Origin: Candidatus Poribacteria bacterium
GTDB lineage: Bacteria; Poribacteria; WGA-4E; UBA9662
Length of the DNA stretch: 64,000 nt
Assembly: GCA_036339735.1 (NCBI GenBank)
Contig: JAYZAL010000036.1
Coordinates: 96,001-160,000 of the forward strand
Direction of reading: 5' to 3'
Shown here: in pieces, positions 21,355 to 31,496 of the stretch
Layout of the letters: each line of letters begins with the position of its first letter
Numbering within the stretch: the stretch's first letter is position 1
Translations under genes and position numbers: made by a program
Notes under the pieces: model-generated
Databases searched by the model: none
Told to the model about the DNA's origin: nothing
Seen by the model: the letters and a program-made list of their open reading frames with translations, nothing else

Positions 21355-22452
21355 ATGGTCGATGTCAGAAAAGTAGTGTGTTTTCTATTGTTTTTTCAGC
21401 TCTTACCAGTTATCGCAACCCAGTCAACAGTTGAACAAGTCAACCTTCTAATTAAACAATTATCGAGTAAAAAACCTTCAATCCGTAGTCAAGCAGCCAA
21501 ACAACTGGCCGAATTTGGTTCGCAAGCTCAACCTGCAGTATACCCATTGATTGAAGCCTTACAAGATTCATCAATTATCGTACGACGAAATGTCGCCTTG
21601 GCATTGGGAAAAATTGGTATCGGAGCTGGTGAATCAATACCTACGTTGGTGCAACTTTTGGATGACCGAGACTGGACGGTTAGAGCAAACGTGGCTTTTG
21701 CTCTGGGCAATATGGGTGAGGCTTCGGTGTCAGCTATACCTAAATTAATTCAACTAATTGAAGATGTTAATTGGGAAGTTTGCGCTAATGCTATAAAATC
21801 ACTAGGCCAAATAGGTCCAATCGCTCATTCGGCTGTTCCAGTCTTAAGAACTTCTTTACGTAGTGAAAATGAAATAGTACGTAACAATTCGATTCTGGCC
21901 TTGGCTGAAATTGGCTTAGCTTCTGTACCTGTTCTAATAGAGGCATTAAGTGATAAAGACAGATTAGTACGTCGTGCTGCAGCATTTTCTTTGAGTCGTA
22001 TTAGTCAACTCCCACCAACTGCTATCGAAGCTTTAAAAGAAAAACTGAGAGACCCGGAGGATAGTGTCAAGTTATCAGTAGCTGTAGTTTTAGCTGTGAT
22101 TGATCCTATTAACCAAGAATTAACACTTCCTATTATTGAAAAATCCTGTTTCAGCAAAGATAAATTCACTAGCGATTTTGCCATATATAGTCTAAAACGA
22201 ATACAGCAACAAAACCATCTGATTGAAGAGCAAGTTGATATGTTGATCCAAAAATTACAACACCAACAAGCATCTCAACGTTATAAGGCTGTTATCACCC
22301 TAATACAAATGGGGCCAAAAATTGGGGTCGAGACTGATCGTGTAGTAAACATACTATCCACTAAAATTGATGATGAAGACCAAAAGGTACGTACAGCAAT
22401 CATAACAGCATTAGAAATTTTAGGTTCAGGATTCCAAGCGCCAGATAAATAA
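21355..22452 (+). CDS. HEAT (PBS-lyase-like) repeat protein with signal peptide
   Basis: Tandem VRxNxAxALGxIG..AIPxLI repeats; GGAGGAG RBS before ATG 21355. Confidence 0.9.
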   Translation: MVDVRKVVCFLLFFQLLPVIATQSTVEQVNLLIKQLSSKKPSIRSQAAKQLAEFGSQAQPAVYPLIEALQDSSIIVRRNVALALGKIGIGAGESIPTLVQLLDDRDWTVRANVAFALGNMGEASVSAIPKLIQLIEDVNWEVCANAIKSLGQIGPIAHSAVPVLRTSLRSENEIVRNNSILALAEIGLASVPVLIEALSDKDRLVRRAAAFSLSRISQLPPTAIEALKEKLRDPEDSVKLSVAVVLAVIDPINQELTLPIIEKSCFSKDKFTSDFAIYSLKRIQQQNHLIEEQVDMLIQKLQHQQASQRYKAVITLIQMGPKIGVETDRVVNILSTKIDDEDQKVRTAIITALEILGSGFQAPDK

Positions 22453-22485
22453 AACAGATTTGTGCCCAATTTTCCGCCTTCGACC

Positions 22486-22502
22486 TGCTTAAAATTAAGG
22501 CA
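22486..22502. promoter_or_regulatory. NtrC-type upstream activator site
   Basis: TGCTTAAAATTAAGGCA fits TGC-N11-GCA; weaker second site at 22463-22479; about 60 bp upstream of the -24 box. Confidence 0.65.
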
Positions 22503-22562
22503 GCTTGAATGGTTTTAACCCAAACTCCTGATTCCAATCAGGAGTCTAACACAATTTGATAT

Positions 22563-22578
22563 TGGCATTTGTCTTGCT
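22563..22578 (+). promoter_or_regulatory. Sigma54 (-24/-12) promoter of the urt/amt/ure operon
   Basis: TGGCAT-TTGTC-TTGCT matches TGGCAY-N5-TTGCW with exact GG-GC spacing. Confidence 0.85.
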
Positions 22579-22650
22579 CCTTCGAACCTTGCAGAATTGG
22601 TTTTCTGTGAGATTGACCGAACTATATTTGATTTGAAGGAGCATGTATCA

Positions 22651-24018
22651 ATGATTTCGTTCTTACAAAGAATAGCTAATTTACGAATACTTCCCTTAAC
22701 ACTCTTCTTATTTTTCATGGTGTTTTTTTCATCCACCTTGTCAGTTTCTTATGCCGGTGGGCATGAATCAGTTAAAGTTGGTGTTCTCCATTCGCTAAGC
22801 GGAACCATGGCAATTTCTGAGACCTCTCTCAAGGACGTCGTACTGATGGCAGTAGAAGAGATTAACGAAGCAGGTGGAGTCTTAGGGAAAAAAATAGAAC
22901 CTGTCGTCGTAGATCCAGCTTCTGACTGGCCCTTATTTGCTGAAAAGGCCAAGCAATTGTTAACCGAGGATAAGGTGGCCGTAACTTTTGGCTGCTGGAC
23001 TTCTGTTAGCCGAAAGTCTTGTTTGCCTGTCTTTGAAGAGCATAATGGTTTGTTATTTTACCCAGTTCAATACGAAGGTGAAGAGCAATCTTTGAATGTT
23101 TTTTATACTGCAGCTTCACCTAATCAGCAACTTGTTCCAGCTGCTGAATACATGATCAAAGAAATGGAAATGGAAAAATTCTATCTCCTTGGTACTGATT
23201 ACGTATTTCCGCGAACCGCTAATAAAGTACTGAAGGCTTATCTAAAAGCACAAGGTGTACCTGATGAAAATATTCGTGAAGAGTACACACCATTCCACCA
23301 TCAAGACTATCAAACCATCGTATCCAAAGTTAAAGAGTTCGCTGCAGATGGAAACGCCTGCATTTTGTCGACCATCAATGGTGATAGTAATGTTCCTTTC
23401 TACAAAGAATTTGCAAATCAAGGCTTAACCTCAGACGATTGTCCAATCATGGCTTTCTCGGTAGCTGAAGACGAACTACGGGCAATGGATGTTCCTCCTC
23501 TCGTCGGTCACTTGGCTGCGTGGAATTACTTCCAGAGTATCGATACCCCTGAAAACAAAGCCTTTGTTGATGATTTCAAATCCTATTGTGAAAAAACAGG
23601 TTTGCCTGGGGGAAAAAGTCGTGTCACCGACGACCCAATAGAAGCTGCATATTTCGGCGTTTATGTGTGGAAAGCCGCGGTCGAAAAAGCTGGATCCTTC
23701 GAAGTTGATAAAGTTCGGAATGCTGTTTATGGTTTAGAGTTCGATGCTCCGGGTGGCAAAAAGAAAATGCATGAATCGAATCAGCACACTTTAAAGCCAG
23801 TATATATTGGTGAAATTTTGACCGATGGACAGTTTGATATCGTAGCTGAATTTAATGACGGTGATTTGGTGGTTCCAGACTCCTACAGTAGTTATCTCTG
23901 GCCAGACGGTAATTACCCAAAGCCAACCCCGGAAGCAAAATACAAAGAGCTTCAATCTACATGTTGTAATTGGCCAACCTGCTGCAAAAGTGGCAAGCAT
24001 GACCATGACCACCATTAA
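22651..24018 (+). CDS. urtA: Urea ABC transporter substrate-binding protein
   Basis: [60 protein letters not shown] before ATG 22651. Confidence 0.95.
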   Translation: MISFLQRIANLRILPLTLFLFFMVFFSSTLSVSYAGGHESVKVGVLHSLSGTMAISETSLKDVVLMAVEEINEAGGVLGKKIEPVVVDPASDWPLFAEKAKQLLTEDKVAVTFGCWTSVSRKSCLPVFEEHNGLLFYPVQYEGEEQSLNVFYTAASPNQQLVPAAEYMIKEMEMEKFYLLGTDYVFPRTANKVLKAYLKAQGVPDENIREEYTPFHHQDYQTIVSKVKEFAADGNACILSTINGDSNVPFYKEFANQGLTSDDCPIMAFSVAEDELRAMDVPPLVGHLAAWNYFQSIDTPENKAFVDDFKSYCEKTGLPGGKSRVTDDPIEAAYFGVYVWKAAVEKAGSFEVDKVRNAVYGLEFDAPGGKKKMHESNQHTLKPVYIGEILTDGQFDIVAEFNDGDLVVPDSYSSYLWPDGNYPKPTPEAKYKELQSTCCNWPTCCKSGKHDHDHH

Positions 24019-24037
24019 ACTTTAGAAAATATATGTG

Positions 24038-24124
24038 ATAGAGGGGTAGATAAAGAAATACTCTCCCTCTATTCATTTTGTTTTGACGAGGTTACGATAC
24101 CTAGCCGATTGGGTATCGTAACTT
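24038..24124 (+). terminator. Two tandem hairpins between urtA and amt
   Basis: ATAGAGGG/CCCTCTAT (24038-24072) and GTTACGATACC/GGTATCGTAAC (24091-24122), each followed by T-rich runs. Confidence 0.6.
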
Positions 24125-24235
24125 TCTGCGTTTTGTTTTCCTTTCTTCTAATGTAGTCCAGGGAGAGGTCCTACATTATGACTATTAACCTTTATTTTAT
24201 TTGTGATTTTTTCACTGTCCCTAGGAGTAACAAAA

Positions 24236-25576
24236 ATGAAAAATCTAAGAATAACCAGTATTAATTTGCTAGTTATCTGTCTGATCTTTTTCTCGACAGT
24301 TTCATTATCGTTTGCCGAAGAATCGAAATTAGATTCAGGCGACACTGCATGGATGTTGGTGTCAGTTGCTTTAGTTTTATTCATGACAATACCTGGGTTA
24401 GCACTATTCTATGGTGGATTAGTCCGGAGTAAAAACGTTTTGTCCGTTTTGATGCAATGTTTTGCTTTAACCGCCTTAATCACAATATTATGGGTTTTCT
24501 TCGGATATAGTCTGGCATTCGACACGACCGGTATGGTCGCAGGAACAACCAATCTTAATTCCTTCGTTGGTGGTCTTAGCAAGGCTTTTTTGAAAGGAAT
24601 TGACTCGGAGACCTTGAGTGGATCCATCCCAGAAATAGTGTTTGTAATGTTTCAACTCACTTTTGCTATTATTACCCCGGCATTGATTGCAGGTGCTTTT
24701 GCAGAGAGAATGAAATTTTCGGCTATGTTACTCTTTTCAGCCATTTGGTCATTAATTGTTTACGCACCTCTGTGTCATATGGCTTGGTCCGGGGAAGGAT
24801 CATTTTTCTATGGCATTTTAGGAGCACATGATTTCGCAGGTGGAACGGTCGTCCACGTCAATGCTGGAATTGCCGCATTGGTTGCAACCCTTCTCGTTGG
24901 TAACAGACATGGGTATCCTAAAACACATATGCCACCACATAGCTTAACCTTGACAGTGGTAGGGGCGTCGATGTTGTGGGTCGGGTGGTTCGGTTTTAAT
25001 GCTGGTAGTGCTTTGGCCGCCGATGGTGCCGCTGGTATGGCCATGCTGGTAACACAAATTTCAACAGCTACTGCAGCTCTAACTTGGATTACTATCGAAT
25101 GGGTTAAGCATGGGAAACCGAGTGTCTTGGGTATCGTAACAGGCGCAGTTGCAGGGTTAGTTGCAATCACTCCAGCTTCTGGATTTGTCGGCCCGATGGC
25201 GGCGGTTGCAATTGGCTTAGTTTCAGGTGTAGTCTGCTTTTGGGGCGCAACTAGCCTTAAACAGAGTCTTGGCTATGACGATTCTTTAGATGCTTTTGGT
25301 GTCCATGGCATCGGAGGTATAGTAGGCTGTCTTTTGACCGGAATTTTTGCCGCTCCAGAATTGGGTGGTACAGGCTTTGGTGAAGGAATTGATACGATTG
25401 GTCAACAGGTTTGGGCTCAATTCCTGAGTCTAGTAGTGACTGTTGTCTTTTCAGGTGTCCTTTCCTTCATAATTCTGAAAATTGTTGATGCTATTGTTGG
25501 CCTTCGAGTAGAGGAAGACGAAGAACTAGAGGGGCTAGATCTAGCTCTTCATGGCGAACGTGGGTACGACCTGTAA
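24236..25576 (+). CDS. amtB: Ammonium transporter
   Basis: DTAWML, PGLALFYGG, FQLTFAIIT, DFAGGTVVH, WFGFNAGS, DDSLDAFGVHG, GLDLALHGE; AGGAG RBS. Confidence 0.96.
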   Translation: MKNLRITSINLLVICLIFFSTVSLSFAEESKLDSGDTAWMLVSVALVLFMTIPGLALFYGGLVRSKNVLSVLMQCFALTALITILWVFFGYSLAFDTTGMVAGTTNLNSFVGGLSKAFLKGIDSETLSGSIPEIVFVMFQLTFAIITPALIAGAFAERMKFSAMLLFSAIWSLIVYAPLCHMAWSGEGSFFYGILGAHDFAGGTVVHVNAGIAALVATLLVGNRHGYPKTHMPPHSLTLTVVGASMLWVGWFGFNAGSALAADGAAGMAMLVTQISTATAALTWITIEWVKHGKPSVLGIVTGAVAGLVAITPASGFVGPMAAVAIGLVSGVVCFWGATSLKQSLGYDDSLDAFGVHGIGGIVGCLLTGIFAAPELGGTGFGEGIDTIGQQVWAQFLSLVVTVVFSGVLSFIILKIVDAIVGLRVEEDEELEGLDLALHGERGYDL

Positions 25577-25582
25577 AACGTA

Positions 25583-25656
25583 AAAATGAGATTTGACTAC
25601 TAGAGAGATTATCATGTCATTCTCAGAATATTCCTTCTAGTAGTCAAATTCATTTT
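25583..25656. repeat. Long inverted repeat between amt and urtB
   Basis: Perfect 14-bp arms ATTTGACTACTAGA (25591-25604) / TCTAGTAGTCAAAT (25636-25649), extended by AAAATGA/TCATTTT. Confidence 0.75.
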
Positions 25657-27409
25657 GTCCTTTATGATAATTCACAACAAACAACATCGTAGCCCCATTT
25701 ATCAGTTATGTATTGGACCTGCGCTTATCTTATTATTGCTTGTTTTCAATCAACAAATAAGTGCCGAATCCATTTCCTCGGATTTAAAGAATGTTTTACT
25801 TAAACTCGGTGATAAAAAAGCTATAGTTCGGAAATCAGCAATCATCGACCTAGCTTCCTACGATCATCTTGGTCTGACAGACCTAATGGAGGCTTTCAAA
25901 CGACGACAACTATATATTTGGACGAAGTCTGATACTAGTTCCCAGTTGGTTTTCTGCGATAGCATCGGAGGTGCTAGAGTTTATCCGAAAAATCCGTTAA
26001 CACAAGAAAGACTCAAAAATTCCGGTGGCCAAGAATTCCAAGTTTCACCAAACGTCTTGAGGCAAATTCGGCCGGCCCGGGCAGAGCGAGGATTAGCTGA
26101 GAACGTCAGGTCGCTTCTTAAATTGTCATCCCCTGACCAAGACAAGCAATTATCAGGTATTAAAAAATGTGGAGAAGCCAGAACAATTAAAGGACTAGGG
26201 CAATTAACTGACCTTGCCTTAACCAAATTAGACCAAATTTCTCACGGGAAATCTGTCAATCTGTCAAAAAAAGCCCGCCGACTGGCTCACGAAAGCGCCT
26301 TACTGATTCGAATTACTAAAACACCAGCTCGAACGGGGGCAGCCCATATTCAGCTGGTGGTGGACCTTGGTAAAACCAAGAGCCAACGCTCGTTGAAATT
26401 CTTGGAGAAGGCTTTAGCTACATTAGAACAAGACCCTGAATTAGATGAAGAAATTCGTCGTGTTTACCAAGCCGCAATAGCAAAAATTAATACCTACCAA
26501 AATTTTATTTCCTTGACTAGTAATTTATTCCAAGGCATTTCCTTGGGTTCAGTCTTGATTTTAATGGCTCTCGGTTTAGCGATAACCTTCGGCTTGATGG
26601 GGGTGATTAACATGGCACACGGTGAGTTGATGATGATTGGTGCTTATACTACTTATCTGACGCAACAGGTTTTTAGTCATTCTCCAGAAATGCCTAATGA
26701 CGTATATTTTATATTTGCACTACCTGCTTCGTTTTTAATGGCTGCTACTGTAGGTTTTTTAATGGAGTTTCTTGTTGTTCGACATTTGTATAAACGACCT
26801 CTGGAGTCATTATTAGCGACATGGGGAATTGGTCTAATTCTGATTCAACTAGTCCGATTGCGATTTGGAGATAATATTGGAGTTAACGCTCCTAGTTGGG
26901 GGCGCGGCGGTATTGAAATCGTACAAGACTTGATTTTCCCCTACGGTCGCTGTTTTATCATTGCTATCTGTATTTTTTCTGTTACAAGCATATACTATTT
27001 AATGCGTTCTACCCAAGTAGGCTTGATGATGAGAGCTACGATGCAAAATCGCGAAATGGCTAGTGGTCTAGGTGTAAATACAGATTTTGTTGACCGTTGT
27101 ACATTTGCTTTTGGGTCTGGTATTGCGGGTGTAGCTGGATATGCGTGGACTTTAATTGGTGGTGTAACACCAAACATGGGCCAAACTAATTTCATCGTAG
27201 ATTCATTTTTAGTTGTTGTAACTGGTGGTGTCGGTGAGATTATAGGCGTTATTTGTGCTGGGATTGGTATCGGAAGCTTAACCAAAACTATTGAGCCTAG
27301 TATTGGTACTATTTGGGCCAAGATTCTACTTTTGGTAGCGGTAGTTATTTTTATTCAGTTCAAACCATCCGGCTTATTCGCGCCCAAAGGACGATTGGCT
27401 GATGATTAA
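25655..27409 (+). CDS. urtB: Urea ABC transporter permease with long N-terminal domain
   Basis: GLAITFGLMGVINMAHGE, RPLESLLATWG, IVDSFLVVVTGGVG, FIQFKPSGLF; start uncertain. Confidence 0.93.
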   Translation: MSFMIIHNKQHRSPIYQLCIGPALILLLLVFNQQISAESISSDLKNVLLKLGDKKAIVRKSAIIDLASYDHLGLTDLMEAFKRRQLYIWTKSDTSSQLVFCDSIGGARVYPKNPLTQERLKNSGGQEFQVSPNVLRQIRPARAERGLAENVRSLLKLSSPDQDKQLSGIKKCGEARTIKGLGQLTDLALTKLDQISHGKSVNLSKKARRLAHESALLIRITKTPARTGAAHIQLVVDLGKTKSQRSLKFLEKALATLEQDPELDEEIRRVYQAAIAKINTYQNFISLTSNLFQGISLGSVLILMALGLAITFGLMGVINMAHGELMMIGAYTTYLTQQVFSHSPEMPNDVYFIFALPASFLMAATVGFLMEFLVVRHLYKRPLESLLATWGIGLILIQLVRLRFGDNIGVNAPSWGRGGIEIVQDLIFPYGRCFIIAICIFSVTSIYYLMRSTQVGLMMRATMQNREMASGLGVNTDFVDRCTFAFGSGIAGVAGYAWTLIGGVTPNMGQTNFIVDSFLVVVTGGVGEIIGVICAGIGIGSLTKTIEPSIGTIWAKILLLVAVVIFIQFKPSGLFAPKGRLADD

Positions 27410-28634
27410 CCAAGATCGACTAAAACGAAATTTACCACTGATTTCTTGGTTGTTTGTAGGGATAGTCATTATCCCTATTTTATATCTACTCGGAATAATA
27501 CCAATTGGTACTGTAAATAAGCTCGGCCGATACTTGACATTCGCTTTAGTTGCTATTGGATTAGACCTAATTTGGGGTTATGCTGGTATTTTAAGCTTAT
27601 GTCAAGCTCTGTTTTTTTGTTTGGGCGGATATGCTATCGGGATGTATTTAGCTCACCATGGTGGGCCAGAAGGTATCATCGATAAAACAGGATGGAAATT
27701 ACCAGCTTGTCTATTTGTTGTTTATCCTTATAAAGTAGGTGAAGCACCTGGAGATGCAATGGTTCCTTGGTTTTGGAAACCGTTTTGGTCTTTACCGGCC
27801 ACTGTATTTCTGGGGTTATTTATACCAGGTTTGGTGGCCTTCATCATCGGCTACTTTGGCTTTCGTAGCCGGGTTCGAGGTGTTTATTTTGCTATTCTAA
27901 CCCAGGCAATTACTGTAGCGGCCCAAAATTTCTTTACCATGAATAATATGAAATTTTGTGGAACCAATGGCTTAACCCGGTTTGATCGGATTTGCTTGGT
28001 AGGACATGAACATGGTGTTGATGTTTGTCAAAAAGTCAACTTAAGTTTTCAATTATCATCTGACTCTCTTCAATTTAGTCTATACTTATTAACAACAATA
28101 TCCATCTTCGGTACATATGTTTTGTATCGCTACGTCATCAGTAGTCGGTTAGGAAGAATTCTCGTGGCAATTCGGGATGCTGAAAGTACACTTCGCTTTT
28201 CTGGTTATAAGCCCTATAAATATAAATTATTCGCTTTTGTCTTAGCTGCAATGACAGCTGCGTTAGGCGGGCTGTTGTATGTCCCACAAATGAAGATTAT
28301 TACACCCTACAATATGGGTGCGGAACGCTCCATTTTGATTGTCATTTTTGTGGCTGTTGGTGGACGAAATACTTTGTCAGGAGCCTTAGTTGGGGCGCTA
28401 ACCGTCAACTTACTCTACGATTTTTTAACTTCTTTCAACCAACCTATTCCTTTAACAGATCTAATATTTCCAGGTGGGCTAACATTTGCAAAAACTTGGC
28501 CGATTGTACTGGGTTTAATGTTTTTAACGGTAGTTTTGGGCTATCCCGATGGACTAGTCAAATTGCCCAGTCACTTCTGGTCGAATATTAAAAATAAATC
28601 AGATTTAACTGACAAACAAAAAACCATCGGTTAA
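27402..28634 (+). CDS. urtC: Urea ABC transporter permease
   Basis: GLDLIWGYAGILSL, FRSRVRGVYFAILTQA, AIRDAE..RFSGY, VAVGGR. Confidence 0.93.
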   Translation: MINQDRLKRNLPLISWLFVGIVIIPILYLLGIIPIGTVNKLGRYLTFALVAIGLDLIWGYAGILSLCQALFFCLGGYAIGMYLAHHGGPEGIIDKTGWKLPACLFVVYPYKVGEAPGDAMVPWFWKPFWSLPATVFLGLFIPGLVAFIIGYFGFRSRVRGVYFAILTQAITVAAQNFFTMNNMKFCGTNGLTRFDRICLVGHEHGVDVCQKVNLSFQLSSDSLQFSLYLLTTISIFGTYVLYRYVISSRLGRILVAIRDAESTLRFSGYKPYKYKLFAFVLAAMTAALGGLLYVPQMKIITPYNMGAERSILIVIFVAVGGRNTLSGALVGALTVNLLYDFLTSFNQPIPLTDLIFPGGLTFAKTWPIVLGLMFLTVVLGYPDGLVKLPSHFWSNIKNKSDLTDKQKTIG

Positions 28635-28669
28635 ACTGAAGAGCACAAGTGTAACCATTTTTTCTAAAC

Positions 28670-29476
28670 ATGCCAAACAAAGACGGTACGCGTTTATCTG
28701 AGTACTTAGAACACAACCCCATAGATAGCCGGTTTTCAGCCGAAAAGTACATATTATTTCTCCATCAACTCACTGCAGTTTTCGACGGTTTCAAAGCCGT
28801 TGACATTATGGCTTTAGGTATCGAACATAACGAGCTACGGGTTGTCATAGGTCCTAATGGGGCTGGTAAAACGACTATGTGTGACTTGATAAGTGGAAAG
28901 ACTCGAGCTAGTAGTGGTACAGTTCACTTTGAAGGTGAAAATATTACTGATACCAGCGAAACAGAAATTGCACTGATGGGTATCGGTCGTAAATTCCAAA
29001 CACCAACTGTATTTGATAGTCTGACTACGTATCAGAACATGGAGCTTGCTCTGCCAGGCAATCAAAACTGGTTTACTAACCTGTATAAACAAATTACCTC
29101 CGAAGAACATGATCAGATCTCCTCAATTTTGGAGAGAGTTGGATTACAAAATGAACTACAGACCGAGGCTAAATACTTAAGCCATGGACAAAGGCAATGG
29201 TTGGCCATAAGTACACTGGTGTTATCTAGTCCTAAGCTGTTATTAGTTGATGAGCCGGCAGCAGGATTAACTGACGCAGAGACTGAGCTGACGGCAGAGT
29301 TACTATTAGAATTGAAAGGAGACCACACATTGATAGTTATAGAACATGACATGGATTTTGTGCGGCAGCTCAATTCTCCAGTTACTATGCTTCACGAGGG
29401 AAAAATTATGGCTGAAGGTACGTTAGCCGAACTCCAACAAAATGATGCTGTAATTGAAGCTTATCTGGGTCGATAA
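28670..29476 (+). CDS. urtD: Urea ABC transporter ATP-binding protein
   Basis: GPNGAGKTT, GIGRKFQTP, LSHGQRQW, DEPAAG, IEHDM. Confidence 0.93.
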   Translation: MPNKDGTRLSEYLEHNPIDSRFSAEKYILFLHQLTAVFDGFKAVDIMALGIEHNELRVVIGPNGAGKTTMCDLISGKTRASSGTVHFEGENITDTSETEIALMGIGRKFQTPTVFDSLTTYQNMELALPGNQNWFTNLYKQITSEEHDQISSILERVGLQNELQTEAKYLSHGQRQWLAISTLVLSSPKLLLVDEPAAGLTDAETELTAELLLELKGDHTLIVIEHDMDFVRQLNSPVTMLHEGKIMAEGTLAELQQNDAVIEAYLGR

Positions 29477-29485
29477 TAAGTTATT

Positions 29486-30175
29486 ATGCTTTTGGTTGAA
29501 AACTTGTCTTTTTCTTATGGCGAAGTTCAAGCTCTACGGAATGTATCCTTGAAAGTTCCGGTAGCTACTATTGTCAGTGTTATGGGGCGAAATGGTGTCG
29601 GGAAAACCACACTAATGAAAAATATAGTTGGCACACTCAAATCAAATAATGGATCGGTGTATCTAGATAATCAGCCAATTCACAATTTAATGGCTCACCA
29701 ACGAGTGTCAGCCGGAATTGGCTATGTCCCACAAGGTAGAATGATTTTTCCTAAACTAACCGTAAGTGAGAATTTACAGATTGGTCTTGCTGGAAGCCAG
29801 AACAAAATCATCCCGAATCAGATTTTTGACCTGTTTCCAATATTGAAAGACATGGAAAGCCGAATGGGAGGAGACTTGTCTGGTGGACAACAACAGCAAT
29901 TAGCGATTGGCCGTGCTTTGGTTACTGATCCCAAAATTTTGATTCTAGATGAACCAACTGAAGGTATTCAGCCCAATATCATTCAACAAATTGGGCAAGT
30001 CTTATTACAATTAGTCCAAGAAAAGGGGTTGACTGTGTTAATCGTGGAGCAGTATCTAGACTTTGTTCGTGAATTTTGCCAAAGTTTTTACATCATGAAC
30101 CGAGGTGAAATGGTAGTCAATGGAATTACTGAAGATCTTAATCAACAAATCATCCGCGAGTACTTAAGCGTTTAA
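29486..30175 (+). CDS. urtE: Urea ABC transporter ATP-binding protein
   Basis: GRNGVGKTT, YVPQGR, LSGGQQQQLAI, DEPTEGIQPNI, VEQYLDF. Confidence 0.95.
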   Translation: MLLVENLSFSYGEVQALRNVSLKVPVATIVSVMGRNGVGKTTLMKNIVGTLKSNNGSVYLDNQPIHNLMAHQRVSAGIGYVPQGRMIFPKLTVSENLQIGLAGSQNKIIPNQIFDLFPILKDMESRMGGDLSGGQQQQLAIGRALVTDPKILILDEPTEGIQPNIIQQIGQVLLQLVQEKGLTVLIVEQYLDFVREFCQSFYIMNRGEMVVNGITEDLNQQIIREYLSV

Positions 30176-30193
30176 GAAAAACTCAGTACGACA

Positions 30194-31111
30194 ATGGAAT
30201 CGACGGTAGGCCGAAATGGACGTCTTGACTATGCCTTTGGTGAAAAAACCAAATCAGGTCAAAGAAAAACTGTTATTCAGCGACGATTCTCTTGTGTTCC
30301 TCTCCAAATTCTTAAACCACAATATACTACACACGGTGAAGTTCTTCTCTATTTGCTGAGCCCAACTGGCGGTGTCGTACAAGGCGACCAGTATGACCTC
30401 AAACTAGATTTATCAACAAATGCGCAAGTGATTTTCACCACGCAAGCGGCAACTAAAGTCTATGCAATGCCGAATGATACTGCCAATCAAGCCGTGTTTT
30501 TAAAAGTCGGGAGGAATGCTCGCTTAGAGTATTTACCGGATCCACTGATCCTCTTTCGTTCTTCTAGATTTAGTCAAGTTATTGAGGTCGAAATTTCTCC
30601 TGGAGGTATCTTTGTCTTTCAGGATATCATTTTACCTGGACGAGTTTCACGCCAAGAGGATTTTGTTTTTACCAATTTTTCTTCTAGCTTAAGAGTAAAT
30701 GACCAACATGGGCTCTTATTATACGACCCAGTCAAAATATCGCTTAATCCGGCCAGTAATCACTCAAATCCCGATTTTCATCAACTAGGCTTACTAGAGG
30801 AATTTAAGTGCTGGGGGAGTTTTTATGTTTTTGGAGAACTTTCCCCCAATGGTCTGACAGTTGAATCAATTGACAGGTACAGCCCGATTCTCGAGATCAT
30901 TCAATCAAGGCTTGAGTTAGTTAACAACCTTAATTGCAATAAAGGGCAACGTTTGGCTATTGGCGGCTTCACATGTTTAAAGAGAAATGGTGTAGTTATA
31001 CGTATGATGGCCCAAAATACCCAATTGATACAAAACACATTTAGCCAAATTTGGGCAGAATTAAAACAAAAACTGCTGAAAATCCCCCCCATAGATTTAC
31101 GAAAGTTCTAG
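30194..31111 (+). CDS. ureD: Urease accessory protein UreD
   Basis: [36 protein letters not shown]. Confidence 0.92.
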   Translation: MESTVGRNGRLDYAFGEKTKSGQRKTVIQRRFSCVPLQILKPQYTTHGEVLLYLLSPTGGVVQGDQYDLKLDLSTNAQVIFTTQAATKVYAMPNDTANQAVFLKVGRNARLEYLPDPLILFRSSRFSQVIEVEISPGGIFVFQDIILPGRVSRQEDFVFTNFSSSLRVNDQHGLLLYDPVKISLNPASNHSNPDFHQLGLLEEFKCWGSFYVFGELSPNGLTVESIDRYSPILEIIQSRLELVNNLNCNKGQRLAIGGFTCLKRNGVVIRMMAQNTQLIQNTFSQIWAELKQKLLKIPPIDLRKF

Positions 31112-31158
31112 CCACCCCCAAACTAAATGGGCTTTTAATTAGTAGGAAAGGAGAATCA

Positions 31159-31461
31159 ATGAATCTAACCCCTCGTGAACAAGAAAAATTGATGATTTAC
31201 GTGGCTGCCCAATTAGCCAGAGATCGTCAAGAACGTGGTCTCAAGCTAAACTATCCTGAAGCCGTTGCAATCATTACAGCCGAAATTTTAGAAGGCATCC
31301 GAGATGGAAAAAGTGTGGCTGAGCTAATGAGTTTTGGTACCACAATTTTGACCAGTGATGACGTAATGGAAGGTGTGGCTGAAATGATTGATGAAGTCCA
31401 AGTCGAAGGTACATTTCCTGATGGTACTAAGTTGGTCACAGTTCACCATCCGATCACCTGA
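31159..31461 (+). CDS. ureA: Urease gamma subunit
   Basis: [47 protein letters not shown]. Confidence 0.97.
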   Translation: MNLTPREQEKLMIYVAAQLARDRQERGLKLNYPEAVAIITAEILEGIRDGKSVAELMSFGTTILTSDDVMEGVAEMIDEVQVEGTFPDGTKLVTVHHPIT

Positions 31462-31496
31462 TTGCACAGACAAACGATCAAAAATAAAATATGAAT

